Of a stretch of DNA of 64,000 bases, positions 7,985 to 16,921 are shown one piece after another. Each line of letters starts with the position of its first letter. The stretch's first letter is position 1. The notes under the pieces are model-generated. The model did no database searches, had not been told where the DNA came from, and saw only the letters and a list, made by a program, of their open reading frames with translations. The DNA lies in contig CAVRCI010000013.1 in assembly GCA_963719495.1 (NCBI GenBank), positions 157,888-221,887 on the forward strand, given 5' to 3'. Made by a program: the position numbers and the translations under genes. This stretch comes from an uncultured Verrucomicrobiae bacterium. GTDB taxonomy: Bacteria > Verrucomicrobiota > Verrucomicrobiia > Chthoniobacterales > JAATET01.

Positions 7985-9109
7985 TCAGAAGACGCACCGC
8001 CGCCGCCACCGGCGAACCAGCAGAAACCCGACAATCGCGAAAGCCACGAAAACGGAAATCTCCCCACCCTCAGGCACCGCCACGAACGAAAAACTCGCAT
8101 CCGACGCATTCTGAAAAAGACTGAAGTTCGCCGTGCTGTCATCGACCCAAGTCAGGTCGATCAAAAATGTCTGACTGCGCGACGCGTCGGGCGTCACCGT
8201 CCAGGATTTCGCTTCGAACAGAATCGATCCTTCCCGCAGCGAAATCCCCCACCCAGCCAAACCAGCCGCGCCCAGCGATCCCGATCCAAAACTGCCCCCC
8301 GCCTCGCCGGGAGGGGCAAACATTCCAGCGAAACTCATCCCGGGACCGCTCCCGTTGGTGGACGTCCCGCCGCCACCGCCTTCCCCGCCGTCACCACCGA
8401 ATCCTCCCGCGCCACCCGTTCCAGCCGCACCACCAACGCCAGCCAATCCGGCGGCGAATTGCCCACCCCGAATCGTCACGCTGGCCCCGCCCGTGATCTG
8501 CAATCCACTACCCGCGTCTCCGCCGACGCCGCCCGTCCCGCCAAGTCCGCCGACTCCCCCCTCTCCGCCGATTCCGCCGGGTGCGCCATCACCACCACGA
8601 CCTTCCGGCGGAAAAAACCCATTTCCGAAAGCATTACCGCCACTCCCACCGACTCCACCGGCACCGCCGCGACCACCGCTCCCGCCGAACCCACCAACTC
8701 CGCCCGTCCCCCCGTCGCCGCCGAAGAACGATCCTCCGATCACGAGATGAGCGCCACCCACGAGATCGAATCCGCTCCCCCCGGCAACGCCGCTATCACC
8801 CATCTCGCCAGTCTCACCAATCCCCCCCCGACCCCCGTCTTCACCCGGCGCTCCATCGCCGCCGTCCGCGTCGAATTCATCGCCGTCCTGCCCATCGAAA
8901 CCATTCGCTCCAGCTTCGCCCGGAGCCCCGGAAGCCCCCGTTGCAGCGCCGCCTCCATCGCCACCATTCGCTCCTGAATAACTCCCCACCGGAACCGTCG
9001 TCTGAGCGGAGAGGTCAGACAAAGCCACGACGCAAAGGCCAAAGCCGACGGCTCGCGTCAGAGCGGAAAATCGCTTGCCAGGAAAACTTTTCGGCAGGAA
9101 ATGCATCAC
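7985..9109 (-). CDS. Glycine-rich secreted protein with PEP-CTERM sorting signal
   Basis: N-terminal signal region (FGLCVVALSDLSAQT). Long GGxGG tracts (GDGGTGGVGGFGGSGGRGGAGGVGGSGG...). C-terminus VPEGGEISVFVAFAIVGFLLVRRWRRR fits the PEP-CTERM pattern of P-E motif, TM helix and Arg cluster. Confidence 0.7.
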   Translation of the reverse strand: MMHFLPKSFPGKRFSALTRAVGFGLCVVALSDLSAQTTVPVGSYSGANGGDGGGAATGASGAPGEAGANGFDGQDGDEFDADGGDGAPGEDGGRGGIGETGEMGDSGVAGGSGFDLVGGAHLVIGGSFFGGDGGTGGVGGFGGSGGRGGAGGVGGSGGNAFGNGFFPPEGRGGDGAPGGIGGEGGVGGLGGTGGVGGDAGSGLQITGGASVTIRGGQFAAGLAGVGGAAGTGGAGGFGGDGGEGGGGGTSTNGSGPGMSFAGMFAPPGEAGGSFGSGSLGAAGLAGWGISLREGSILFEAKSWTVTPDASRSQTFLIDLTWVDDSTANFSLFQNASDASFSFVAVPEGGEISVFVAFAIVGFLLVRRWRRRCVF

Positions 9110-9187
9110 CCGATCCTAAAGCAACCCGATTCCCGAGCAATCAATTCGTTCGCTTGGATCCTGATCGCGACCGTGAAAAATATCCCA

Positions 9188-9219
9188 AACCCGGAGGGCG
9201 AGGCTCCCGCCGAGCCGTA
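9188..9219 (+). repeat. Solo left arm of the 114-bp palindromic element
   Basis: aacccggagggcgaggctcccgccgagccgta matches the left arm of the copies at 2328 and 3162. No matching right arm was seen nearby. Confidence 0.7.
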
Positions 9220-9270
9220 TTCAATCGAACCGTCGTCGGCCGAAAGCCAAAGCAAGCGGCAAGTTCGGAG

Positions 9271-10455
9271 TCACAACTCCTCAGGCGAATTCAACAGCTC
9301 CGCCACGCGCTTCAGTAGCCGCCCCGCCGCGCCACCGTCCAGCACGCGGTGATCGAAGCTCAACGTGAACATCGCCTCCGTCACCGGCAAAAACTCCTCC
9401 AGCTCCGCATCCCAGCTCGGCACCGTCGCTCCCGCGCCCATGCCGAGCAGAATCGTTTGCTCGGGCAGCGGAATCGGCGTCGCCAACGTCAGCCCGAACG
9501 TCCCGTAATTCGTCACCGTCGCGATGGACCCACCCAGATCCGCGGGCGGCATCCGGCGCTGACGCGCCAAATCCACGAGACGATTGTAACGATCCACCAG
9601 ATCCGACAAGGAAGCCTGATCCGCGTTCCGGATCACCGGCACCATCACGCCATCCTCCGCCTCGACCGCGAACCCAATGTCCACCGACCGCGGATGCACG
9701 ATCCGATCACCGACCAACCGCCCCGCCGGCGCGCTGTTCTCACCCAGCGCCATGGCGAGCGCCCGGAGCGCGTAAAGCGCCGGACCCGGCTTCGGCGTCT
9801 GCGTTTTTCGGTGCGCGAGCAGTTTGTCCATCCGCACTGGGATCACCACGGTAGCCAACGGCCGCGTCCAACTCCGCCGCATCGCATCGGCCACCGCAAC
9901 GCGCATCGACGACGCGGGCGTCATCCGGTTGCGCTCGAGGTCGCCGAGGAATTTCTCCAGATCGTCGATCGTCACCCGCCCCGACGCCCCGCTCCCCGCG
10001 ATCCCCGCGAGATCCGCTTGGTGGAGCCCGAGTTCCCCCATCCGCGCCTTCATCCGCGGCGAAAGATACGTCGCCCCGCCCGCCGGAGCCGGCACCGGCA
10101 GCCCGCTCACCGTTGGCGCGACCTCCTGCGAGACCGCCTTCTTCGGCGCGCGCTTCTCCGCCGCCGGTTTCTCGATTGGCTCGGCCTCGAACCCGATTCG
10201 CGCCGCTTCTTCGTCAGTCACTTCGATGTAACCCAGCACCGATCCGACCAAATAACTCTCGTCCACCGTGACCTTCAGCTCGCCCAACGTGCCGTTGCAC
10301 GGAGCGGTCACGCCCATTACAGCCTTGTTCGTTTCAACCTCGATGATGTCGGAATCGGCCTCGATGGTGTCGCCCTGCGCGAAGAGCACTTTCACGACGG
10401 TCGCCTCGGCGATCGACTCGCCGAGCTGGGGCATGATGATGGGAACCTGGGGCAT
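9271..10455 (-). CDS. 2-oxoacid dehydrogenase complex E2 (dihydrolipoamide acyltransferase)
   Basis: Trimmed to ATG 10455 (MPQVPIIMPQLGESIAEATV...). Lipoyl domain with IEVETNKAV. E3-binding-like segment YLSPRMKARMGELGL...GSGASGRVTIDDL. Catalytic motif SFDHRVLDGG. Confidence 0.9.
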   Translation of the reverse strand: MPQVPIIMPQLGESIAEATVVKVLFAQGDTIEADSDIIEVETNKAVMGVTAPCNGTLGELKVTVDESYLVGSVLGYIEVTDEEAARIGFEAEPIEKPAAEKRAPKKAVSQEVAPTVSGLPVPAPAGGATYLSPRMKARMGELGLHQADLAGIAGSGASGRVTIDDLEKFLGDLERNRMTPASSMRVAVADAMRRSWTRPLATVVIPVRMDKLLAHRKTQTPKPGPALYALRALAMALGENSAPAGRLVGDRIVHPRSVDIGFAVEAEDGVMVPVIRNADQASLSDLVDRYNRLVDLARQRRMPPADLGGSIATVTNYGTFGLTLATPIPLPEQTILLGMGAGATVPSWDAELEEFLPVTEAMFTLSFDHRVLDGGAAGRLLKRVAELLNSPEEL

Positions 10456-10466
10456 TTTCTTCGGGG

Positions 10467-11426
10467 TTAAAGTTCGAGCAGTCGCCGCGTCGCGGTCGCA
10501 ATGGTGCCCGCCGTCGGGCGGTGAGTTCCCCAAAGATCGGGGTGATACGGCACGGGCGTGTCCCGCGCGTTGAGACGTTGCGGCGGCGCGTCCAGCATCC
10601 CGAACGCTTCCGTCGAAACCCGGGCGATCACTTCCGCCGTCACGCCGCCCCACGGCCAGGCCTCGCCGACGCAAAGCAACCGCCCCGTCCGGCACACGGA
10701 CGCCAGCACGGTGTCGGTGTCCAGCGGCTTGATCGAACGCAGATCCACAACCTCGACGTGGTAACCGTCCTCTTCGAGTTCCTCCGCCGCCGCCAGCGAT
10801 TCGTGCAGCATCGCGCTGTAGGTCACGATGGTCGCGTCCCGACCCGGCCGCGCGATTCGCGCCCGGCCGATCGGCAACGCCTCCTTCCCGACGTCGTCGG
10901 CCTTGAGGTGGTTATACAAAAATTTGTGCTCGCAGAAAATGACCGGATCGTCGATCGCGACCGCCTCGATCAACATGCTGTAGGCGTCCTCCACCGTCGC
11001 CGGAGTCAGCACGATCGTCCCGGGATAATGCGCGTAGATCGCCTCCATGCTCTGACTGTGAAACGGCCCGCCACCCGGAGTTCCGCCCGAAGGCAAGCGC
11101 ACCACGATGGGACACGCGACCTCGGTCCGGTAATAGAGGGTCGCCGCCTGGTTCACGATCTGGTTGAACCCGCACGTCGAGAAGTCGGCGAACTGCATCT
11201 CGATGATCGGCCGCATCCCCTCGATGGCCGCGCCGATCGCGAGTCCCATCATCGCATCCTCACTGATCGGGGAATCGAGCACCCGCCCCGGAAATTTCTT
11301 CGCCAGCCCCTTCGTCGCCTTGAACGCCCCGCCGAATTCCCCGACGTCCTGCCCGTAAATAAACACGCGCTCGTCGTCGGCCAGCAGCTTCCCCTGCGCC
11401 TCGCAGATCGCCTGCAGATAAGTCAC
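10467..11426 (-). CDS. 2-oxoacid dehydrogenase E1 component beta subunit
   Basis: Proposed GTG start at 11426 gives MTYLQAICEAQ... and overlaps the E1alpha stop as GTGA. Contains PISEDAMMGLAIGAAIEGMRPIIEMQFADF plus a transketolase C-terminal-like part. The longer 689-aa track ORF overlaps E1alpha out of frame and is rejected. Confidence 0.85.
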   Translation of the reverse strand: MTYLQAICEAQGKLLADDERVFIYGQDVGEFGGAFKATKGLAKKFPGRVLDSPISEDAMMGLAIGAAIEGMRPIIEMQFADFSTCGFNQIVNQAATLYYRTEVACPIVVRLPSGGTPGGGPFHSQSMEAIYAHYPGTIVLTPATVEDAYSMLIEAVAIDDPVIFCEHKFLYNHLKADDVGKEALPIGRARIARPGRDATIVTYSAMLHESLAAAEELEEDGYHVEVVDLRSIKPLDTDTVLASVCRTGRLLCVGEAWPWGGVTAEVIARVSTEAFGMLDAPPQRLNARDTPVPYHPDLWGTHRPTAGTIATATRRLLEL

Positions 11427-12457
11427 GACGCCACCTCCGCGAACCGGTCGGCCAAGTGATCGCTCGAAATCGCCGACCATTCCTCCTCCGCCGGATCCGG
11501 CGCGGGCTCGCGCAGCACCCGATTCGCCGTCTCGTCCACCTCCGCCTTCGCCTCGGCGCGCCACGCCTTGATCTCCTCCGCGTCCGACCAGCCCCGCTCG
11601 ACCAGAGCCTCCTCGGCGACAGTCAGACAATCCCGCCCCACCGTGCTGTCCCGCAAATCCTGCGCGACGTAAGACCCGTCGTCGTGCTCCCCGTGACCAA
11701 CCAGCCGCAGCAAATTCGCGACCACCAACTGAGGTCCACCGCCCCCTCGAGCCGCCTCGACCGCACCGCCGACCACCCGCAGGCAATCCGCCAAATCCGT
11801 GCCCACCGCCCGGTGCCCCGCCACGCCGTAACCCGCCGCCCGGTCCAGCAAATCCGCGCAGGCGAACTGCTTCGCCGTCGGCGTCGAATACGCGTATTGG
11901 TTGTTCGCGACCACGACGACCAGCGGCAATTTCTCGACCGCCGCCGTGTTCATCCCCTCGTGAAACGCCCCCGTCGACGTCCCGCCGTCGCCGATGCACG
12001 TCGCCCCGACCACCCCCGATTCCCCCCGAAAACGCCGCGCCATCAGACCCCCGACCACCACCGGAATCATCGCCCCCAAGTGACTGATCATCGCGTAATA
12101 ACCTTCTTTCGGTCGCCCCCGGTGAATGTTCCCGTCCCGACCCCGCATCGAACCCAACTGCGACCCCAGGTAGGTCCGCAGCGTATCGAGCACGGTATCG
12201 CCAAAAGCCATCCGCCCCGCCTGATCCCGAATGAGCGGCGCGAAAATATCCCCCGGGCGCAGATTCACCCCCACCGACACGCTCAAAGCCTCCTGCCCCC
12301 GCCCGAGAAAGACGCCACCCTTGATCTTCCCACCCCGGTAGAGCGCCGCCAGCTTCTCCTCCAGCGTCCGCGCCAGCAGCGCCGTCCGGTAAGCCCGCAG
12401 AAACACGTCGCGTCCCACTTCCTTTGCATCCTGCGACATCGAGACAACTTCCGCCAT
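11423..12457 (-). CDS. 2-oxoacid dehydrogenase E1 component alpha subunit (TPP-dependent)
   Basis: TPP-binding motif IGDGGTSTGAFHEGMNTAAVEKLPLVVVVANNQYA. Substrate (pyruvate, branched-chain 2-oxoacid or acetoin) cannot be assigned from sequence alone. Confidence 0.9.
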   Translation of the reverse strand: MAEVVSMSQDAKEVGRDVFLRAYRTALLARTLEEKLAALYRGGKIKGGVFLGRGQEALSVSVGVNLRPGDIFAPLIRDQAGRMAFGDTVLDTLRTYLGSQLGSMRGRDGNIHRGRPKEGYYAMISHLGAMIPVVVGGLMARRFRGESGVVGATCIGDGGTSTGAFHEGMNTAAVEKLPLVVVVANNQYAYSTPTAKQFACADLLDRAAGYGVAGHRAVGTDLADCLRVVGGAVEAARGGGGPQLVVANLLRLVGHGEHDDGSYVAQDLRDSTVGRDCLTVAEEALVERGWSDAEEIKAWRAEAKAEVDETANRVLREPAPDPAEEEWSAISSDHLADRFAEVAS

Positions 12458-12533
12458 GAACCGCCGAAGTTAGAAAAATTCCCCCCAGCCTGCAACCGCG
12501 AACCACCCCGAGTCCGCCAGGACTCCGATACTC

Positions 12534-12557
12534 CACCAGTCACCAGTCACCAGTCAC
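12534..12557. repeat. Heptanucleotide array (CACCAGT)x3.4
   Basis: caccagt caccagt caccagt cac, in the divergent intergenic region between the E1alpha start (12457) and the leuC start (12622). Same unit (CAGTCAC register) as the reverse complement of the array at 46017-46047. Confidence 0.85.
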
Positions 12558-12621
12558 GCGAAGCTCACCCCCACCACCCCACTTGCACCCGTTCACCATT
12601 CCCACTACATTCCCCGCCTCT

Positions 12622-14034
12622 ATGAAACAGACGTTGTTGGACAAAGTGTGGGCCGCCCACGAAGTGCGGAAATTGCCGAACGGCCAGACGCAGCTCCTCA
12701 TCGGCACGCACCTCATTCACGAAGTGACCAGCCCGCAGGCGTTCGGAATGCTCCGCGACCTCGGTCTCCAGGTCCTCTACCCGAACCGCACGTTCGCCAC
12801 CGTCGACCACATCGTTCCCACCGACGAGCGCGAGGAGCCGTTCTCCGACTCCCTCGCCGACGACATGATCAAGGCGCTCCGCAAAAACTGCGAGGAGTCC
12901 GGCGTGACCTTTTTCGACCTTCCATCCGGCAAGCAGGGCATCGTCCACATCGTCGGCCCCGAGCAGGGCATCACCCAGCCCGGCACCACCATCGCGTGCG
13001 GCGATTCCCACACCTCGACCCACGGCGCGTTCGGCGCGATCGCCTTCGGCATCGGCACCAGCCAGGTCCGCGACGTCCTCGCGACCCAGACCATGGCCCT
13101 CCAAAAGCCGAAGGTCCGCCGCATCAACGTCGACGGCAAACTCACGCCCGGCGTCTACGCCAAGGACGTCATCCTCCACATCATCCGCAAACTCGGAGTC
13201 AACGGCGGCATCGGTTACGCCTACGAATACGGCGGCAGCACGTTTGACAACTTCACGCAGGAGGAGCGAATGACCGTCTGCAATATGTCGATCGAAGGCG
13301 GCGCGCGCGTCGGCTACGTGAATCCCGACAACACGACCTTTGAATACCTCAAAGGCCGACCCTACTCGCCAAAAGGTGCCGACTGGGACGCCGCCGTCGA
13401 GCGATGGAAGGCCACCGCCAGCGACCCCGACGCCGACTACGACGACGTCATCAACTACCGCGCCGAAGACATCGCCCCGACCGTCACCTGGGGCATCAAC
13501 CCCGGCCAGGCCATTTTCATCACCGAAAACGTCCCGACCCCCGAGGAAGTTCCCGAAAAAGACCGCGCGACCGCCGAAGAGGCCATCGCCCACATGCACC
13601 TCGTCCCCGGAGCCGCGATCAAGGGCACCAAGGTCGACGTCGCCTTCCTCGGCAGTTGCACGAACGGCCGCCTCTCCGACCTTCAGGAAGTCGCGGGCTA
13701 CCTGAAGGGCCGCCGGGTTTCCGAAGCCGTCAAAGCCATTGTCGTCCCCGGCTCCCAAGGCGTCGCCGCCCTCGCCGAGACGATGGGCATCGCCACGATC
13801 TTCCGCGACGCGGGCTTCGAATGGCGAGGCGCGGGCTGCTCGATGTGCCTCGGAATGAACCCCGACAAACTCGTCGGCGAAGAACTCTGCGCCAGCTCGT
13901 CGAACCGCAACTTCAAGGGCCGCCAAGGCAGCCCGACCGGCCGCACCGTCCTCATGAGCCCGCTCATGGTCGCCGCCGCCGCCATCACCGGCGTCGTCTC
14001 CGACGCCCGCGAAGTCTTCGAGCTAGCTCGATGA
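12622..14034 (+). CDS. leuC: 3-isopropylmalate dehydratase large subunit
   Basis: Starts at ATG 12622 ([15 protein letters not shown]). Aconitase-family motifs [31 protein letters not shown] and GCSMCLGMN. The stop TGA 14032-14034 lies in the first unit of a heptamer array. Confidence 0.95.
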   Translation: MKQTLLDKVWAAHEVRKLPNGQTQLLIGTHLIHEVTSPQAFGMLRDLGLQVLYPNRTFATVDHIVPTDEREEPFSDSLADDMIKALRKNCEESGVTFFDLPSGKQGIVHIVGPEQGITQPGTTIACGDSHTSTHGAFGAIAFGIGTSQVRDVLATQTMALQKPKVRRINVDGKLTPGVYAKDVILHIIRKLGVNGGIGYAYEYGGSTFDNFTQEERMTVCNMSIEGGARVGYVNPDNTTFEYLKGRPYSPKGADWDAAVERWKATASDPDADYDDVINYRAEDIAPTVTWGINPGQAIFITENVPTPEEVPEKDRATAEEAIAHMHLVPGAAIKGTKVDVAFLGSCTNGRLSDLQEVAGYLKGRRVSEAVKAIVVPGSQGVAALAETMGIATIFRDAGFEWRGAGCSMCLGMNPDKLVGEELCASSSNRNFKGRQGSPTGRTVLMSPLMVAAAAITGVVSDAREVFELAR

Positions 14035-14067
14035 TTGCGGATTGCGGATTGCGGATTGCGGATTGGA
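14033..14067. repeat. Heptanucleotide array (GATTGCG)x4 plus GATTGGA
   Basis: Four perfect GATTGCG units starting inside the leuC stop codon, then one degenerate unit. Imperfect inverted partner at 14142-14172. Confidence 0.9.
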
Positions 14068-15023
14068 TGAGGATCACCGCGTCCGCGCTGGTCGTGCTTG
14101 GATACGTCCATCCAATGCTGGCGGAGTCGGCAGCGAAATTCCAATCCGAAATCCGAAATCCGAAATCCGAAATTTCCACCCCTTTCCTCTGGAAAGTCAC
14201 CTCCCCCACCGCGACCGCGCCGTCCTACATCTTCGGCACCATCCACCTACCCCGCCCCGACGTCGCCCGGATTCCCGCCAGCGTCGCGCCCGCCTTCGAC
14301 AGCGCCGACGCCGTCTACACCGAGATCCCGATGGACACCGGGACGCTCCTCTCGATGTCGGCCGCGATGTTCCTCCCCGACGGCAAGAAACTCGAAGACG
14401 TCCTCCCCGCCGACCTCTACGCGACCGTCCTCCAAGAGCTGACCGCCATCAATCCCCGCCTGCCCCTCGCGCCCCGCGACCGCCTGAAAATCTGGGCGTT
14501 CACGGTGAGCCTCATGACCCTCGAGGACGAACTCAAACACGCGGGCGTCATCCCGCTCGACATGCTCCTCTTTCAGAAAGCCGCCATGGCTGGCAAGGAA
14601 ACCGGTGGCCTCGAGACCCCCGCCGAGCAAATGGCCATCTTCGACGACATCAGCGAAGCGGACCAGATCACCCTCCTCCGCGACACCCTCACCCAACTCA
14701 AAACCGCCCGCGAATCCGGCATCAACGTCGCCGACCAGCTCGTCGCGAGCTACCTCTCCGGCGACCTGGCCCGCCTCGAAGCCGACATGAAGGAAATGGA
14801 GGCCCTCGCCGGTGACAGCGAGCTCAACGACCGCCTCATGGACCGCCTCCTCGACCAGCGCAACGAGCTCATGGCCGAGCGAATCGAAGCCAAAATCAAA
14901 GCCGATCCCGCGAAAACGTATTTCTTCGCCATGGGAGCCGCCCACCTCTACGGCGAAACCGGCCTCATCGCGCTCCTGGAAGCCGCCGGCTTCACCCTCA
15001 CCCGCCAAGCTGCTAACAACTAA
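14067..15023 (+). CDS. TraB/GumN family periplasmic protein
   Basis: MRITASALVVLGYVHPMLA is signal-peptide-like, and FLWKVTSPTATAPSYIFGTIHLP is the GumN/TraB family N-terminal signature. An alternative start at ATG 14031 overlaps the leuC stop as ATGA and would translate the first heptamer array as [12 protein letters not shown]. Confidence 0.7.
   Translation: MRITASALVVLGYVHPMLAESAAKFQSEIRNPKSEISTPFLWKVTSPTATAPSYIFGTIHLPRPDVARIPASVAPAFDSADAVYTEIPMDTGTLLSMSAAMFLPDGKKLEDVLPADLYATVLQELTAINPRLPLAPRDRLKIWAFTVSLMTLEDELKHAGVIPLDMLLFQKAAMAGKETGGLETPAEQMAIFDDISEADQITLLRDTLTQLKTARESGINVADQLVASYLSGDLARLEADMKEMEALAGDSELNDRLMDRLLDQRNELMAERIEAKIKADPAKTYFFAMGAAHLYGETGLIALLEAAGFTLTRQAANN
14142..14172. repeat. 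Heptanucleotide array CAATCCG plus (AAATCCG)x3 plus AAATTTC, inside the GumN-family CDS
   Basis: Its reverse complement (CGGATTT)n differs by one position per unit from the upstream (CGGATTG)n array. It encodes QSEIRNPKSEIS, between the predicted signal peptide and the conserved domain. Confidence 0.9.
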
Positions 15024-15041
15024 AAACCAATAACCAACAAC
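15014..15041. repeat. Degenerate heptanucleotide array (taacaac/taaaaac/caataac/caacaac)
   Basis: Four period-7 units span the GumN-family stop (TAA 15021-15023) and end at the leuD ATG (15042). Confidence 0.45.
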
Positions 15042-15644
15042 ATGGCTCTCGCGCAAATCACCCAAGTCAGCGGCACCGCCGTCCACGTCCCCGGCGACGA
15101 CATCGACACCGACCGCATCATCCCCGCCCGCTTCATGAAGTGCGTCACCTTCGACGGACTCGGCGAATACGCCTTCATCGACGTCCGCCAGGATCCCGCC
15201 ACCGGCGAAGACCGCCCGCACCCGCTCAACGACGAGCAGTTCAAGGGAGCCAGCATCCTGCTCACGGGCTCGAATTTCGGCTGCGGCTCCTCGCGCGAGC
15301 ACGCCCCGCAAGCCCTCTACCGCTTCGGCTTCCGCGCCGTGATCGCCGAGAGCTTCGCCGAGATTTTCTTCGGCAATTCCATCACCCTCGGCATGCCCTG
15401 CGTCGTTATGAACGGCGGCGACATCAAATCCCTCGCCCAGCTGGTCGCCGCCGACCCGAAGGCTCCGATCACGATCGATCTCGAAGGAAAGAAGGCCCAC
15501 TGCGGCGACCTCGATTTTCCCATCGAAATCCCCGACCACGCCCACGAAGCCCTGATCAGCGGCAAATGGGACGCCATCGCCGACCTCCTCGAAGGCATCC
15601 CGCAGGTCAAAGCCACCGCCGGCAATCTCGCCTACATGCGGTAA
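15042..15644 (+). CDS. leuD: 3-isopropylmalate dehydratase small subunit
   Basis: DIDTDRIIPARF and LLTGSNFGCGSSREHAPQAL are typical of LeuD / the aconitase swivel domain. Confidence 0.95.
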   Translation: MALAQITQVSGTAVHVPGDDIDTDRIIPARFMKCVTFDGLGEYAFIDVRQDPATGEDRPHPLNDEQFKGASILLTGSNFGCGSSREHAPQALYRFGFRAVIAESFAEIFFGNSITLGMPCVVMNGGDIKSLAQLVAADPKAPITIDLEGKKAHCGDLDFPIEIPDHAHEALISGKWDAIADLLEGIPQVKATAGNLAYMR

Positions 15645-15663
15645 GGCGCGCAGCGCCTCCATC

Positions 15664-15692
15664 TAGGGTAGGGCAGCCGGGCCCCGGGTGCC
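15664..15692 (+). repeat. Solo copy of the tagggtagggcagccg...ccgggtgcc repeat
   Basis: tagggtagggcagccgggccccgggtgcc resembles the terminal inverted repeats of the element at 49699-49865. It lies just downstream of leuD. Confidence 0.6.
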
Positions 15693-15741
15693 GTCGCCTC
15701 CTCGCCAACGCCCGCCATCACCAGGCCACGCCAAACGTCGC

Positions 15742-16161
15742 TCACCCCCCACCCGCCGCCACCAGCAGAATTTTCACCGCCCCGCCGTCGACCGGTCCCG
15801 CCGGAAACACGTAAGACTGCCGAGCCTCGCGGCCATTCGTTACGTGGACCTGAAACGTCCACTCCCCGTTCAGGGCCTGCCCCACTTCACCATCGTCGCC
15901 CGCCCGCCGCTCCGTCGCCGTCACCACCGCGTCGTCCCACCGCAGAATCTCGTCGATGATCGCTTTCATTCGACCCCGAGCCGTCGCGTCGGCTCCCGCG
16001 AACTCGAAGCACCGCTCGAAGTAACCCCGATTCCCGGTCTTCAAGGCCGCGCTCACCTCGAACATCAAGTCTCCCCGCGACTCCGCGGCCCCCACCATTC
16101 CCAAACTCAAAACGAACCCAACCCATCCCACCAACCAAAAACGCATACCCCCATTTCTCAT
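15742..16161 (-). CDS. Hypothetical secreted protein
   Basis: The N-terminus MRNGGMRFWLVGWVGFVLSLGMVGAAES is signal-peptide-like; the alternative ATG at 16146 is equally plausible. No domain recognised. Confidence 0.45.
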   Translation of the reverse strand: MRNGGMRFWLVGWVGFVLSLGMVGAAESRGDLMFEVSAALKTGNRGYFERCFEFAGADATARGRMKAIIDEILRWDDAVVTATERRAGDDGEVGQALNGEWTFQVHVTNGREARQSYVFPAGPVDGGAVKILLVAAGGG

Positions 16162-16267
16162 TTCACATTGAAAATTCAACCTTTCCCCAAACGTAACATT
16201 TTCGTCACAAGCCCGAAATCGGCTCATCCGCCCTTGTCCGGGTTCCCCGTCGCAATAGATTCCCGAC

Positions 16268-16858
16268 ATGCTTCACCACGCCCGCCTCAGCGCCGCCGCC
16301 CTCGCCGCGCTCGCCATTTTCCCCTCCCTCCGCGCCCAAGACACCGACGAAGGCGGCGCGACCAAGAACGCCACCGATCTGTCCGCCTTCCAAGGCAACT
16401 ACTTCGGCCGAACCGTCGTCACGACCACGCAGGACAAATTCCGCGGCAACCGGCTCAAAATCCGCGCCAACATCGCGGACGACGGACTCTCGGGAGTATT
16501 CAAATTCACCAGTAACGTGAAGGTCGAGGGCGAACGCGTCCCGGTCAATAACCGCTATCGATTCCGTCCCAGCGGTCGCGTCGCCATCGACGAGATTGCC
16601 CCCGCCGTGTCGAACAATCAGAAGACCCGCGGGTTTTACGGCGCAACCGCCCGATCGATCCAGATGTCCGGCCAGTTTCGCTTGGATGGCCAAAGTGGAA
16701 AAATTGAAGGCCGTTACGACGCCACGATCCGCATCAGCGTCAAACGCATTGTCCGTATGACCTACTCGGTCACGCTCGCCGATGACACCTCGCCAAGCTT
16801 CGTTTACAAATTTCGCGCCGAGCCTAGGGACCGCTCCGACGACACCGACTCCAATTAA
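16268..16858 (+). CDS. Hypothetical secreted protein
   Basis: ATG start with signal peptide MLHHARLSAAALAALAIFPSLRAQD. Divergent from the previous gene. No domain recognised. Confidence 0.5.
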   Translation: MLHHARLSAAALAALAIFPSLRAQDTDEGGATKNATDLSAFQGNYFGRTVVTTTQDKFRGNRLKIRANIADDGLSGVFKFTSNVKVEGERVPVNNRYRFRPSGRVAIDEIAPAVSNNQKTRGFYGATARSIQMSGQFRLDGQSGKIEGRYDATIRISVKRIVRMTYSVTLADDTSPSFVYKFRAEPRDRSDDTDSN

Positions 16859-16894
16859 TTAAAAATCGCGAGAGCGGCGACGCCTTCTCTATAT

Positions 16895-16921
16895 AAAAAA
16901 AGCGGGGGCTCTACTGCCCGC
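16895..16921 (-). terminator. Rho-independent terminator candidate ending the long minus-strand gene train
   Basis: The minus strand reads GCGGG-cagtagagcc-CCCGC followed by TTTTTTT (A-run 16895-16901 on plus). The stem overlaps the last codons and stop of the 16911-17771 CDS. Confidence 0.5.

Noticed and set aside
10467-12536. 689-aa track ORF merging E1beta with a long N-terminal extension.
   Set aside because: The extension overlaps the E1alpha CDS in a different frame and is Gly/Arg-rich nonsense. E1beta homology begins at TYLQAI, and a GTG there forms a GTGA overlap with the E1alpha stop.
14033-14172. Considered whether the short repeat arrays here, and at 45851-46148, 12534 and 57442, could be CRISPR arrays.
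   Set aside because: The units are 7 nt and directly tandem, with no spacers and no cas genes in the window.
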